A DNA stretch of 61,915 nucleotides, the filler included, from Hausera hauseri (Eukaryota), in the NCBI GenBank assembly GCA_046269625.1. It is 11 parts of 11 records of this genome, joined end to end, with 100 filler letters (N's around TTAATTAATTAA, not from the genome) between each part and the next. Parts side by side here need not be neighbours in the genome. Positions count along the whole stretch, not along the records: positions 1 to 4,396 come from JBJURY010602333.1; positions 4,497 to 11,957 come from JBJURY010013345.1; 9 more parts are not named here. The stretch is one strand, 5' to 3'. A program made the position numbers and the translations under genes. Below the pieces are notes generated by a model. The model saw only the letters and a program-made list of their open reading frames with translations. It was not told where the DNA came from and did not search any database. Each line of letters starts with the position of its first letter. Position 1 is the first letter of the stretch. Positions 1 through 12,057 of the stretch are shown here, piece by piece.

Positions 1-934
1 ATCTGAATTTTTTGAGAGGATTCAGAACCCCATTGTAATCAACAATTGTGGTTCTAAAGAGAACCGTTAACTTTCCCACAGTCACCTTGTACTCATCATT
101 AGCGATACAATATTTTAATCGTTCCTCTTTTTGTTTCCGAATCCAAGCTTTGATGTCGATTTTCATCGCATTCATACTCCAATAATCTGCGTTTCTGAAT
201 TTATACGTAAGATCATCTAAATTTTTATTCAATTCATCATTATCGTTTTGACGTTGTTTTTTTGAAGAATCCTCATCACTAGCATTATTCGGTGAATTAG
301 TTCTTCTCCTCTTTCTAATTTCCTTAATTTTTTGAAGAACAAATGTCTTCTTCAATAACTCTTCGATACCACTAATCGATTCAGATTGATCCAAATACAG
401 CCTCAATTTATCGAACACGTATTCGAACGGTTTTAGTAGTTTACCGTTTGGTTTCAAACATCTCTGGCCAATACACTCATGGAAATATAATGCGGCTGGA
501 TTGTGAACATTGTGAGGTTTCAGTAACTCATTTTCCTCATCATCATCAGTTTTTTCGATAAGATTCATACTCTATATCGACTTATCACCATCTACTAATT
601 CATCCGTTAGATATTTCGGTAATGATTGGAATAAATAATGCCGAATCTCATCCCCAAATGGCAATCCACAATATCTCAAACCAACGTATTGCGCTGTAAT
701 CCACAAGTAGAGAATTGGCAATATTGAGGAGAATGTTCTGTTGTACATTTGTCTATCAATAATCACAACATTCAACACGCACATAGCATGAATCGATGAT
801 ATAAATACATCTAATTGTTCATCATCTTTAGGAATGAAAATCACCGATTTGTCACCCACATACAGTTTACGAGTTACATTTTCTTCCTCAGTGAATCTGA
901 TAAATTTCAGACTCTTTTCAACGGATAACTTCAT
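1..934 (-). pseudogene. Unidentified coding fragment fused 3' of the spectrin-repeat ORF, with an internal stop
   Basis: ORF 572-934 continues in frame past a TAG at 572-574 (...DGDKSI*SMNLIEKTDDDEENELLKPHNVHNPAALYFHECIGQRC...) to the window edge; no family recognised. Confidence 0.45.
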
Positions 935-2735
935 ACAGTAGTCCAGGAGAGGTTATATTTCCCAGATGGTTTGTGATTTTACTGGTAATTTCATGTTTTG
1001 AAGGAATTGAACCAAATGATTTAATCCTTGTATGTTCTAAATTTTGCTTTTTAAAATCATCTTGTAAATCTTTCATTGTGTTTTCATAACATGAAAAGAT
1101 TCCATTTTCTCCAATCAATTTATCTGAAAATTTCCTGAAATTTTCAACGTGAATTTCGAAGCCTTTGAAAGATCCAAAATCAAGTGATTTCGATTCACTG
1201 ATGTAGTTGTCAATTTCAATTTCAATTTCGATAATGGCAAGTTCGAGTTTCTCAAGTTCGGTCCATTTGCTAAATACCGACGACAACTCGTGCAAACTTC
1301 TGTCCATTTCCATTGGCAAGGATTCCAATTTGGTTTCAAGGGACTCTAATGAGTTTAACAAGTAAAAGTGGTCAATTAACGTCGAATAATTTGTTAGATT
1401 TATGGATTGTAAGCAATTTTTAGCCAGATTTATTTGTTCACGTTGATGATTCAATTCTCCATCTAATTTCTTTAATGTCGAAATAGCAAGTTTGGCATTC
1501 ATTTTTGAGTCAATGCACGTTAAAATTTCACGGCATTTACTAAAATTCGCCGAACTCCATCTTGTAACCTTCTGATACAGTTCTTCCAATTCATTCATTT
1601 TGATTAATAAATTCCTCAATTGAATAAAGTTTTCATTTAATTTTTCTACGACTTTCGTCAGTCTGTGTCCAATGAGGTCATCATCATACCGCTGGCAGTA
1701 CAGATTGATCAGCGGTCCAATTGTACTGATTTTTAATTGATGGGCATGCAACTGATAACAGTAATTTTCACTTTCCGACAGAGATTTAATTTTCGTTTTG
1801 AAACTTAGAACATCAAGAGAATTCTTAAACAAATCTATCAATTCGGTCATTTGAGGCTTGGGAATTTCGATCAACAAATTCGCAAAAATTGGTCGTAGAG
1901 AAATTTCCTCCACGTCTCGAATTTCTTCGCACACGTTTTCCCATCGACTTTGTAAGAAACAAAGAGTACGATTCAGGGACGTTATACTGAACCTTTTTGT
2001 TTTCAAAATTTCATCACCGGTTTTCAAAACAGAATTTTTTAACTTTTCCTTGCTAAAATATTTTTCTTTGATGTGATAAATCAATAACTGTCGATGAAGA
2101 ATTTGGTCGAAATTAACTTGGTCACATGCCTGCATCAGTTCACTTTTGCATTCAGAAACGATTTGTTTAATGACATCATTATGCTGATCGAGTTCATTCA
2201 TTTCGGATTCAAATTCTTTTACAAGATCTCCAATACATTTTTTGTCGGACAATGTCGATGATATAACATTTAACGTATCGTCCCATTTTAAGTGCAATTC
2301 TTCCAGATCACTTTTCATGTTAAGACAAGAAATTCGTTTGACAATAGATTCTCCTTTTTCCAGAGTATAATTCAATTTCGAATGATTCGTTAGTAATACA
2401 TTAGAAACATTATCCAATAATTTCTGGTTTTCTTCAACCTGGACTTTACCTTCAGTTGTCTGATATTGACTAAATTTTTTCATAACATCACCCAGAATCT
2501 CTTTTAGTTCATGAAAATGGGCATCGAACTCGATCCAATCGTAAAAGGCCAAAAGAAGTTCAACAAGTCTCGAATGAGAATGTTCTTCTAACACATCACT
2601 TAATTTAATTATGTACAAATGTTTCTCTTTCATTTCTGCTGCTACTTCATTGGAATCATTTGCATCGGTATCCATTGGTTCCACATTGTTTGCTTTAACT
2701 TCAGCTTCTTTGTCTGCATCCACCTCAACTTCCAC
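918..2735 (-). CDS. Chimeric 605-aa ORF: ~37 aa of HSP110 acidic loop fused to a spectrin-repeat (nesprin/dystrophin-like) fragment
   Basis: Starts EVEVDADKEAEVKANNVEPMDTD (HSP110-type acidic loop), then helical repeats with Trp motifs LHLKWDDTL, LQSRWENVCEEI, LYQKVTRWS, VFSKWTELEKL. Confidence 0.55.
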   Translation of the reverse strand: MEVEVDADKEAEVKANNVEPMDTDANDSNEVAAEMKEKHLYIIKLSDVLEEHSHSRLVELLLAFYDWIEFDAHFHELKEILGDVMKKFSQYQTTEGKVQVEENQKLLDNVSNVLLTNHSKLNYTLEKGESIVKRISCLNMKSDLEELHLKWDDTLNVISSTLSDKKCIGDLVKEFESEMNELDQHNDVIKQIVSECKSELMQACDQVNFDQILHRQLLIYHIKEKYFSKEKLKNSVLKTGDEILKTKRFSITSLNRTLCFLQSRWENVCEEIRDVEEISLRPIFANLLIEIPKPQMTELIDLFKNSLDVLSFKTKIKSLSESENYCYQLHAHQLKISTIGPLINLYCQRYDDDLIGHRLTKVVEKLNENFIQLRNLLIKMNELEELYQKVTRWSSANFSKCREILTCIDSKMNAKLAISTLKKLDGELNHQREQINLAKNCLQSINLTNYSTLIDHFYLLNSLESLETKLESLPMEMDRSLHELSSVFSKWTELEKLELAIIEIEIEIDNYISESKSLDFGSFKGFEIHVENFRKFSDKLIGENGIFSCYENTMKDLQDDFKKQNLEHTRIKSFGSIPSKHEITSKITNHLGNITSPGLLYEVIR

Positions 2736-4191
2736 CTGCTTCTCCAGTCTCTATTAACTTCGCCTGGGAAACCATGAAAATTCCATTGTTATTTACACGC
2801 AATTTCACTTTAACTTTCGATGGTTCATCATTGGAACCTGGCTGGACTCCGGATATTTGGAATGATCCAATCAATTTCTTGTTAGTTGGAACGTCATCGC
2901 CTTTGGAATATTTCGCTTCCAAACGGAAATCAGCTATCCTGTTAAATGTCATTTATTTCGATGCCGGAAATAAATGCCATTTTGGATAAATTTCTATTGT
3001 CTCCAATCCGTCTTTATCTTCATAATTCAGTTTACTTGAATAAGCATAAACGTCCGTAATACTGAAATCACGAACTCGAAATGCCGGTGAAATTATTGCA
3101 AACTGCAATGCGTATCCTTGAGCAACAGCTTTATCATCATTTAATGAAGCCTTTGGTTCTTTTTGAAACAAGTCCAAAATGATTTGTTTCACAGCCGGAA
3201 TTCGCGTGCTTCCTCCATCAACCTCAATAGAATCGATATCTTGCGATGACAATTTATAACTGGCCAACAAATTTTCGAATTCCGAACGTTTCATTGTCGA
3301 TGTAACATCAATATCGTTCATGAAACATTCAATGTTCAATGGGATGTCTGTCGCATTTGCACTCATCAACTTCTTCAATTTATCACATTCTTGTAATAAA
3401 CGAACTGCTGGTTTCTTTCCATCGATAACATTCAATCGATATTTCTCTTTAAAAATTCTCTTCATTTCCTCATAAATAACGTAATCGAAATCACGACCGC
3501 CTACAAACGCCGACGATGATGAAACAACCTTCATTTTTCCTTTGTTAAATGCAACAATATTTGCCTGAAAATTCGAATAGCCCATGTCGATAAATACAAC
3601 ATTCTTCGCTTTGGCTTCAACATCCGGCAAATCTTGGCAATAAAACCCGTACGCCAAACTTACTGCAGTTGTGTCATTGATGATTTTCACACAATTTAGA
3701 TTGGCTATTTGTGCTGAATCAAGAATAGCTCGACGTTCGCTGTCTGTTGAACAAGTTGGTATGTTGATGACTACATCGACGACTTTCGTGTTCAAATTAG
3801 ACTCAGCAACTTCTTTTAACTTCGTCAAATGCATTGCAAGAACTTGTTCGGCGGTGAACACGTTCGTTTCACCAAGATAATCAACTTCGAAACCTACACG
3901 GTTGTCTTCAACTGGAACAACTTTATATGGAACTTTCGTCAATTCTTTCTGAACACGAGGATCATCGAATTGTTTTCCGATAAATTTTGTGAAATTGAAT
4001 AGCGTATTTGGAACATTCGTCACTTGCTGTTGTTTGGCTTCATAACCCATCAGTCGCATTTTATCAGTAAATGATATGAACGTGGGAGTATTTCTATCGG
4101 AATATTCATTAGCAACAGTTTAAATGCCACCTTGTCGGGCAACGGCAATAAACGAAGTAGATGTACCGATAATAAAACCAACAACTGACAT
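2625..4191 (-). pseudogene. HSPA4: HSP110 (HSPA4/HSPH1 family) intronless, 3'-truncated pseudogene
   Basis: ATG at 4191: [35 protein letters not shown]; also INDTTAVSLAYG, VFIDMGYS, GGRDFD, PLNIECFMNDIDV, KVKVKLRVNNNGIF. Stops at 4120-4122 and 2953-2955, apparent deletion after SEFENL, frameshift near 2735. Confidence 0.9.
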
Positions 4192-4396
4192 TTTGGTTTT
4201 ATTTAAATATGTAAATTATAAATATTTACATCTTTAATACTATTAATTTTATAACACCAATAATATTTAACCAATAGAAATTAAGACACACTGCATGTAA
4301 TACACATCAACTTTTACCTAGTTTAATGCCCGTTTTTTAGATTACAGTATATGTTGGAAATGCGAAGTAAGTAGTGTAAAACTTATAAGTATTGTA

Positions 4397-4496
4397 NNNN
4401 NNNNNNNNNNNNNNNNNNNNNNNNNNNNNNNNNNNNNNNNTTAATTAATTAANNNNNNNNNNNNNNNNNNNNNNNNNNNNNNNNNNNNNNNNNNNN
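4397..4496. other. Artificial contig spacer
   Basis: 44N+TTAATTAATTAA+44N; stops in all six frames; identical spacers recur 10 times. Confidence 0.97.
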
Positions 4497-5366
4497 ATTT
4501 CGATCCAATTCTTCAATTCTACGACAGTCCTTTCCGACTTCTTTTCGATAATATGCCTTTCCCATAGAGGCACAATTGATTTAGAAAGCTTTTTTACGAG
4601 GCTTTGATACAATAGCCCTCCATTAAGTTCTTCTATTCTCCCTAGATTTCTCAGTCTCACAATTATCCTTCTAGCAACGCCACGAATTCATCCAGTCTTT
4701 TAATATCTTCCTCCTCTATTACCCGAAATCTTATGACTTCGGTCATAAACGCCGCATAACAACGTTGTTCACCACCATAGTTGGAACCCAGTTTTTCTAG
4801 GGATGCCTTGTATCCTTCTTCTGATAGTTCAAAGTTTTCAATCAGCATTTTCGGCTCGCCATATAAACATTGGTTCAATTGTAGTTGTTTATATATTTCA
4901 GACATCGAGGTTTTGTGTATGCACGTATTAAACGTTTTCTTCCACTTGTCATATTCAATTATCATTCCTCCAAATTTCAGTAATTCTAATTTTTGCAGTT
5001 TTGGCAATATCACCCTCTCTTTTCTTTCTTTTTCCGATCTTCCATTGTCAGCTATTATTTTATTTTCCCTCGAGCTTCTCTCATAGATGATTGCATTGAT
5101 TTTTCATTTTGGTCATCGAGCTTCTCCATGTCATTTTCCAATAGTGTAAGATTTTCCTTTTTCCTCAACTTTCTTGCTGCGGTGGCTAGTATACTCAGCT
5201 CCCCTTGAATCTCGTTATAGACCTTGTCATATTTTTGGTGATACACTTCATATTCTTGGTCACTCAGGTTCGTATCAATCAGCTTCCTTCGAATCGCTGA
5301 TAAATCATTGATGAATTTACGTCGTTCCAACAATCTATCTTCTAATTCTTCTTCAGTTAGCTCGCT

Positions 5367-5588
5367 TCCACCCTTTAGTCGGAACATTACGTGGATTGTT
5401 GAGCCGTGTTTCAGATCTCTCACTTGACTGTCTGTGTGTAATGGTTTTTCATTATGTAATAAATAAAACGTATCATTAATTTTCAGGATTTTCCTTACCA
5501 ATCCGATCAATTCACAATGTGACTGGACATCCGATGACTTGACTATGAAATTTCGACCGCCACAGTTTATGATTATCTGTGCGTCCAT
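5367..5588 (-). other. Ubiquitin-like domain (74 aa, ends RLKGG) inside BEL Gag N-terminal region
   Basis: MDAQIIINCGGRNFIV...FYLLHNEKPLHTDSQVRDLKHGSTIHVMFRLKGG aligns by eye with ubiquitin [34 protein letters not shown]. Confidence 0.8.
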
Positions 5589-6122
5589 TCCTTTAACCCG
5601 TTTAACCGATCTTCCGTTTATCTTCTTATTTACTTCTCCTACTTTGTTCCACCCTATTTTGATCTTTTTCTTTAGATTCATATACCTTCTCTTTTCTCCG
5701 TCCTCTTCTATTTGCTGACCTTCGACATTGTCCGAATCCTCCTGATTTCTTTCTCCCGATTTTCTAATTTTTGTTACCTCGTGATGATTGTTCTCAAACA
5801 CTTTATTACCTTCTTTCAATGTTTTATTATCACTTCTCTTGTCCTTTATAACACAAACAGACGTTTTTTCTTTGTCCTTTTCACCATTTTTCATAAACCA
5901 GAGCTTTAATTGCTCTAGAAGCATCATCGGTGCCTCGCCTTCAAGGTTGTTTATTTTCCATGTATGATTTTCCACTACAACATTTATGGGCTTAGCACAG
6001 ATCCTTGCTCAATACATACAATAGCGGAGGGACATAAAGCCGACGTCGAGGAGAAAAACATGAAAGATTCGAAAGACCATTACATTGCATGGTTTGTTCC
6101 TGCGGATCACGGTACAGAGCAC

Positions 6123-6141
6123 AAACCACGCTCTGCTACCA
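6123..6141 (-). promoter_or_regulatory. Primer-binding site complementary to initiator tRNA-Met
   Basis: Minus strand TGGTAGCAGAGCGTGGTTT, complement of tRNAi-Met 3' end (...CTCTGCTACCA), upstream of gag. Confidence 0.85.
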
Positions 6142-6146
6142 ACAAA

Positions 6147-7460
6147 TGGAGAATTCATATAAAAATGATATTATAAAATCATTGTAACATTAAACATCTT
6201 CACTAGATAAAAAACCACCTCAACTAATTCATTATTCCCGTAAAATCTCGATGCTACCTTTACCAATCTTTCACCGGGCACATATATTTTACCTACTAAC
6301 TTATATCCCCCCTTCACCAATCAAACATCTTTGAACCATCAAAACTTCAAATTCCTCAGCTACTTCATGTCGATTCCCCCCTTCATTATAAATATAACAT
6401 AATTATCACCAATTTCATTCCAGCCATATCTCTTCCCAACTTTCCCGATCAAGCGTATATCCCTCACCATACACGCACTCTTCGAGACAGAGAGAAAATA
6501 ACAACAAGTAATATTATTAAATTCATATCTCACAAAGTAAATTGAAAATTCTCTGTTATTACATATCACACGGAAGCGGCGATGGTAGCATAGATGACTT
6601 ATGACAGAATCACCGTCCAGGATGAATGAGCGAAATTGGTCACAAAGAACCATTGGAAATATATCTGATATCTTCTTGCATGAGGTACTCTACTCTTTTT
6701 TATCACCTTGTGGCCACTTTTCCTTTTTCCACTTCCTTGAGTTAATGTTCCACAGCGATGAATAATTCAACTAAAAAGAATTTTGAAAGATTTACGATAA
6801 GATCTCAACGATTTTAATAACCCTTTTAGAAAATATTTGATGTCACAACATTTGGCCGTACTTTGAACCGTTAATATCAAAGTTTCACGATTCTGACGAT
6901 TTTCACCACCAACACAATTTCTTAGATTTATGCGATTAAATTTCGAATAACATAATCTCCACAATTCTCTTTCATATGAAATAAGCTCTGAGAGCATTGG
7001 TTTTGGTTTAAATTTTCCACAATAATTCCCGTTCATCTGTTTTGTAGAATTATAATCTTCAACGTACCATTAGCAGAACTTTTCAACTTATTATCTTGAT
7101 TATTATATATTCAAATTTCAAATATAATTTAAATTTTATTTTATCAATAATAATATTTATCACAATAAACTATACACATGTACATTCATACACTTATATA
7201 TAAATGCACACATACACAGTCCTTCTCTCTCTGTCTCCTTGAATCTCTACACACACATACACACATACACACGCTATAATAACATTATAAACACAATTCT
7301 TATGTACAATATATATACCGTACCTATTCACACACACATACCTATGTACATATGCATCTATTTACATACATTCATTTTTACGCATACTCCTTCATTTACC
7401 CTGATCTTGATTTCTGATTGGATCTTTGCCGGATTTCCAACTAACAACTGGTTCCCAGCA
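6147..7460 (-). repeat. LTR region between PPT and PBS: one ~1.3-kb LTR, or two different LTRs (7460-~7070 and 6754-6147) around a coding fragment
   Basis: Begins TGCTGGGAAC right after the PPT; ends TTCTCCA 5 nt before the PBS; internal TGTGGAAC at 6754; no partner LTR in the window for comparison. Confidence 0.5.
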
Positions 7461-7474
7461 TTTCCCCCCTCCTT
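7461..7474 (-). promoter_or_regulatory. Polypurine tract
   Basis: Minus strand AAGGAGGGGGGAAA followed directly by TG, just downstream of the integrase/DUF5641 end. Confidence 0.75.
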
Positions 7475-10400
7475 GGGACAATCCAGCTCACAGATATTTC
7501 TTCTGCGGTTTCAATCCAATTTAATTCACTTTCTATTTTACATAATTTATGCACTGGCCTCTTGTAGGTTTCCTCGTCTAATTTTATCTCCACCACCCTT
7601 ACTCTCGTTGTGTATCCCATGGAATACCTTTGTTATTTCTGCCACCGGCCAATGATTTAGCTTTTCATTTTTCTCTAGCAACCATACTTTGTCTCCAATT
7701 TTCAGGTCTATCTTTTCTCCTTTTATCCTCTCATAACTTCGCCATTCAGATAGAAGTTCACTTCTCCATCGATACCAATATTCATTTACTAACCTCTGTA
7801 TAAATCTCCATCTATCTGCTAAACTGCTACTCCTTGTTCCGGTTATCTCCGAAGAGATTTCCCCATTGTGCCCGGCTATTATAAAGTGGTTCGGAGATAG
7901 GATGACATCATTTTTACTATCATCAACAACTCTCAATAGCGGCCTGCTATTTGTAATTCCTTCAATCTCTATCAGTAATGTTTCCAATTCCTCATCTGTC
8001 AATGAACCATCTGGGAGTAATTTACTTAAGGAACTCTTTACAGACTTGATATCACTTCATAGACTCCTCCGAAGTGAGGTCCTGCAGGGAGATTAAATAT
8101 CCACCTTATTTCGGTGTCCTTGAGCTCGCTCCTCAGACTACATGTGTTTATTTTAAATTCGTACTCCTCTCTATTTATTCCAATAAATGTTCCCCCGTTG
8201 TCGGAAACTATCAACGAAGGCCTTCCTCTCCGACTTATAAAACGTTTAAGTGCTTTTAGAAAGGAATTGGCATCCAATCCGGCTAACACTTCGATGTGTA
8301 CTCCACGTCAAAGTAAACATATGATTAGACATATGTACCTTTTTTCATGTGCTAACCCTCGTCTTTGTCGAGTTTTCACTGGTCCTGCGAAGTCAATCCC
8401 GACTTTATTGCAAGCTTTCAGTGGTAATTGAGTCCTGAACGTCCGCAGCGGCGCTCCTATGGCTCGTATGCCTTTTGCATTTGCTCTCCTACAGATCCTA
8501 CAATAGTTTTGATAGGCTTTGACCAACTTCTTCATCTTGGGAAACCAACACCTACTGCTTAACTCCGCAACTTGATGATTGACTTCCGCGGCGTGTCGTA
8601 AACTCAAATGTGTATCCTCGATAATTAGTTTTGTTACGATGCTCTTTGAAGACAGTATTATTAGATATTTTTGTTCCCAATTCAACCAACAGGTTGTTAT
8701 TAGACGACTACCGGATATCAGTATTCCTTCATCGTCTAAAACAGGGTTAGATTTTGCGATAACACTCTTATAGTTAATCTCCTTTGTAGACCTCAAATCT
8801 CATCTATGTACAAAATTCCTTTTCTTGGTCTTCCTTGATTATTTCCAATTTTGCCTTCTTTCTCAGTTGTACTTCACTTAAGTTATTGGTTTCACCTCTT
8901 AATGTAATTTCCCTTACCTTTTGTTTAATCACCTCCTCCCAACGGGACTCTGCACTTTGTTTAATGTTAATCGTACCATCCTGATTCTGTTGCTCTCCCT
9001 CTGTTGTATCATTCCCGAGAGTCATCAGTGTTAATGTATCCTTTCGCCTTTCCTCATCTTTCGGTTTCGTTAATTCTCTAGGTTAAACCGGCCATTGGTC
9101 TTTCGTCTTTCTTAGAAATTCTGGACTGTTCCACCACTCTATTTTTTCTCGTAGCTCCTCTATATCTAGTCTTCTAGAAAGATAGTCCGCTGGGTTGTGT
9201 TCCGATTTTACGTATTTCCATTGTTCAACGGTCGTTTCTTCTTGTGTAAAACCCACTCTGTTAGCCACGAATGTTTTGTAATACTTGCTGCAGCCTTTTA
9301 TCCAATATAATACGTTCATGCTGTCCGTCCAGTACTGCATATCTTCCTTCTTGTTCTCCAATGTCTTTCTTACTTTTCTCCCCAGCTTAACTCCTACACA
9401 GGCCGCCATCAATTATAACCTCGGTATGGCGACGGACTTTACCGGTGTCACCTTACCTTTCGAGCATACAATCACTACTTTAATTTTTCCTTTTACTATC
9501 GATCTTAAATAAGCGATCGCTCCGTAACCCCATCTCGAGATGTCGCAGAAAATATGTATTTTACTATCTCACCTTGGAAGTATAAATATCTTGGCACCTT
9601 TATTGTACTCAAGTTCTCCATCCCTTTTACCCATGTCCTTATTTTCTCGCTCAATTCCTCGGGAATCTTCTCACCACAATCCACATTCATGATCCACAGT
9701 TGCTGCCGAAACATATTTTCCAACAGTGTGTAACAACTGAGGAAGCCCAGCGGATCGAATACTTTCGCTAATGTGCTTAATAATATTCTTTTAGTTACAC
9801 CTGACTATTGATTATTACAATTCTCAAATTCGAATATATCCTCCTCGATCTTCCATTTTATTCCCAACGTTTTGGTAACAGCGTCAACCTTTTCTAATAT
9901 GTTAAATTCCTTAGATCGGTCCTTGATAGGGATAAAATTTGTTAATTCACTAGAATTTGACACCTATTTGTGCGGTTTCATTCCAGCACTTTCCAATATT
10001 TCACATAAATTATAATACAGCGAAAGAGCTTATTTTTCCGTGTTAAATGAGTCGATACAATCATCCATATACGTAGAATTCTTTACTATTTCTACGGTTC
10101 TGGGGAATTTTTTTTTAAATTTTACGGCGTTATATCTTGATGTCAATTGCGCCAAAAATAGAGAGGTGTTAAACCCAAATACCAACCGACTGAACTCATA
10201 CGTTTTGAGCTTCTCATCTTTGTACCAAAGAAATCTCAAATACTTCTTATCCTGTTGTTTCACCTTAATCTGGAGGAACATTTCATGGATGTCGCAAATG
10301 ACAACCCACGGCCGTTTTCTCATCCTTAACATAATATCCACGATATCCAATTGTAACTTAGGGCCAGGATCTAGGAAATCGTTCAGGCATTTTCCTCCAT

Positions 10401-11957
10401 ATTTTGAAGCAGCGTCAAATACTATACGGCATTTTGTGGTATCTCTATCTACCTTCATAACCGTGAAGTGCGGCAGCAACCAAGCTGTCTCTCGTTCTTC
10501 CCATTCTTCCACTACTCGTATGTACCCTTCCTTAGTATGCGTCTCTATCACGCTTTCGTAAGCTGCCTTTACTGTTTCATCCTTATCTAGTTTTTTCTTT
10601 AAGGTTTCCAACCGTTTATGTGCTATCCATTCGTTACTGTCCATCTCTGGTTGTTTTCTTCCTTTCCACGGCAATTGCACGCAGTATCTACTTTCCACGT
10701 AAGTTGTTTCATCTAACATATTTTTTACTATTTCCTTGTCTTGTTCAGACCTCTCAGACTTTTTCACGTCCATATTAAATTGAATCTCCCACAATCGACT
10801 CAAGTCGTCTTGAATTTCTTCTGAACTTGTCCAAAACGCTCTCACAAAATTACTATTTATAATTTTCTTTCCCTTTTTTATTTGTCCTACACAGGTCTAA
10901 CCTAACGAGGTTAATTGCGCCACCGGTGCACCCTTTTACCCGTTTACTTCTTTGATTGACCTGTGTAATTATATAAAATTCGCCCCTATAATCCCATTCA
11001 CTTCCGACCTGGGTGACCTTTCCGGAAACTTTAAATCCTTTAAGTGTGGCCATTTCTGTCTTTCTATAAACCAATTTACTGCTCTCATTTGCCCCGTTGA
11101 ATTTCTCATAGCCAAAGTTTCGAAATTTACTTCCATTAACTGTTCCATATTTAGTAACATCATTTTAACTCTATCAATGGACATCTTGGTTTGTTTTCCT
11201 CCGACGACTGAAATCGTCAACTTCTGTGTCTTCTTACCGACACCCAATTCTTCACATAGCATTGTGTCTACGAAGCTCTCGGTGCTAGCATCGTCCAATA
11301 ACGTTATTGCCTTTTACATTTTTTTCCCATTCTTTAACCATACTTTCACTGTTCTTAACGCCACCATTTCTTCCTGCTCATATGTATTCTAGGAACCTGG
11401 GGTAACATAGGTCCTAACATCCCTATGTTTACTTTTTTCTTCTTTCTGTTTTTTAATTTTTATCGGTCGTGATACTTTTTCCTCTTTCTTCTTGCCGAAT
11501 ATGTTCTCACAAGCTTTTTCAGTCTCTTGCTTTACCTCTTTCTTGTCATAACTGCCTTTACTCTTCCCTTTGCTACCAAATTTTTTGTGCAGAAACTTAC
11601 AGTTATCTCCGTACCTACATTCTCCATTCTCGAAATACCAACACACTCTTCTTTGATCGTCCTTACTTGTTTGATGTAAATATTTGCAATTCTCTCCGAA
11701 TTTGCACTGACCGTTTTTATCAAAACTCCAACACCTCTGGGACCGATCTTCTGTTTGCATCTTGGATTGGTTAGATTGCATTTCTTTTTGATCTTTCCTT
11801 TTATTATTCATACTCCCACTCTATTTACAACTGGTGATCTCTTCGTGAAATACGATCTTCCGTCCCCTATCAATGTATATCGGCCGTCTTGACTTGTATT
11901 GAAAACTTCGATTCCTTTTACCCTCTCTATAGTGTTCCTCCTGACCATCGCTTCTAT
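7475..11957 (-). mobile_element. BEL/Pao retrotransposon gag(3')-pol, degenerate
   Basis: Protease LLDDASTESF; RT KCRIVFDAAS, DIHEMFLQI, YMDD; RNase H/A17 YWTDSMNVLYWI, NPAD; integrase CRIC, GIDFAGP, RFISRRGRP, SDNGGTF, GPHFGG; DUF5641-like LSPNHF/RWRFIQ; many stops and frameshifts. Confidence 0.93.
11587..11733 (-). other. Two CCCH zinc fingers at the Gag C-terminus
   Basis: CWSFDKNGQCKFGENCKYLH (C-x8-C-x5-C-x3-H) and CWYFENGECRYGDNCKFLH (C-x7-C-x5-C-x3-H), just upstream of the protease. Confidence 0.85.
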
Positions 11958-12057
11958 NNNNNNNNNNNNNNNNNNNNNNNNNNNNNNNNNNNNNNNNNNN
12001 NTTAATTAATTAANNNNNNNNNNNNNNNNNNNNNNNNNNNNNNNNNNNNNNNNNNNN
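11958..12057. other. Artificial contig spacer
   Basis: 44N+TTAATTAATTAA+44N. Confidence 0.97.

Larger units (their letters stand above)
4497..6754 (-). mobile_element. BEL/Pao LTR retrotransposon, 5' part (candidate LTR, PBS, degenerate gag with DUF1759-like region)
   Basis: PBS at 6123-6141; ORFs 5055-5975, 4663-5013 (LPKLQKLELLKFGG..YDKWKKTF..LNQCLYGEPK..GYKASLEKL..YGG, BEL Gag signature) and 4497-4660. Confidence 0.8.

Noticed and set aside
7140-7400. ORF 7239-7655 and similar short antisense ORFs over TE genes
   Set aside because: Low-complexity AC/AT LTR sequence or shadows of opposite-strand coding
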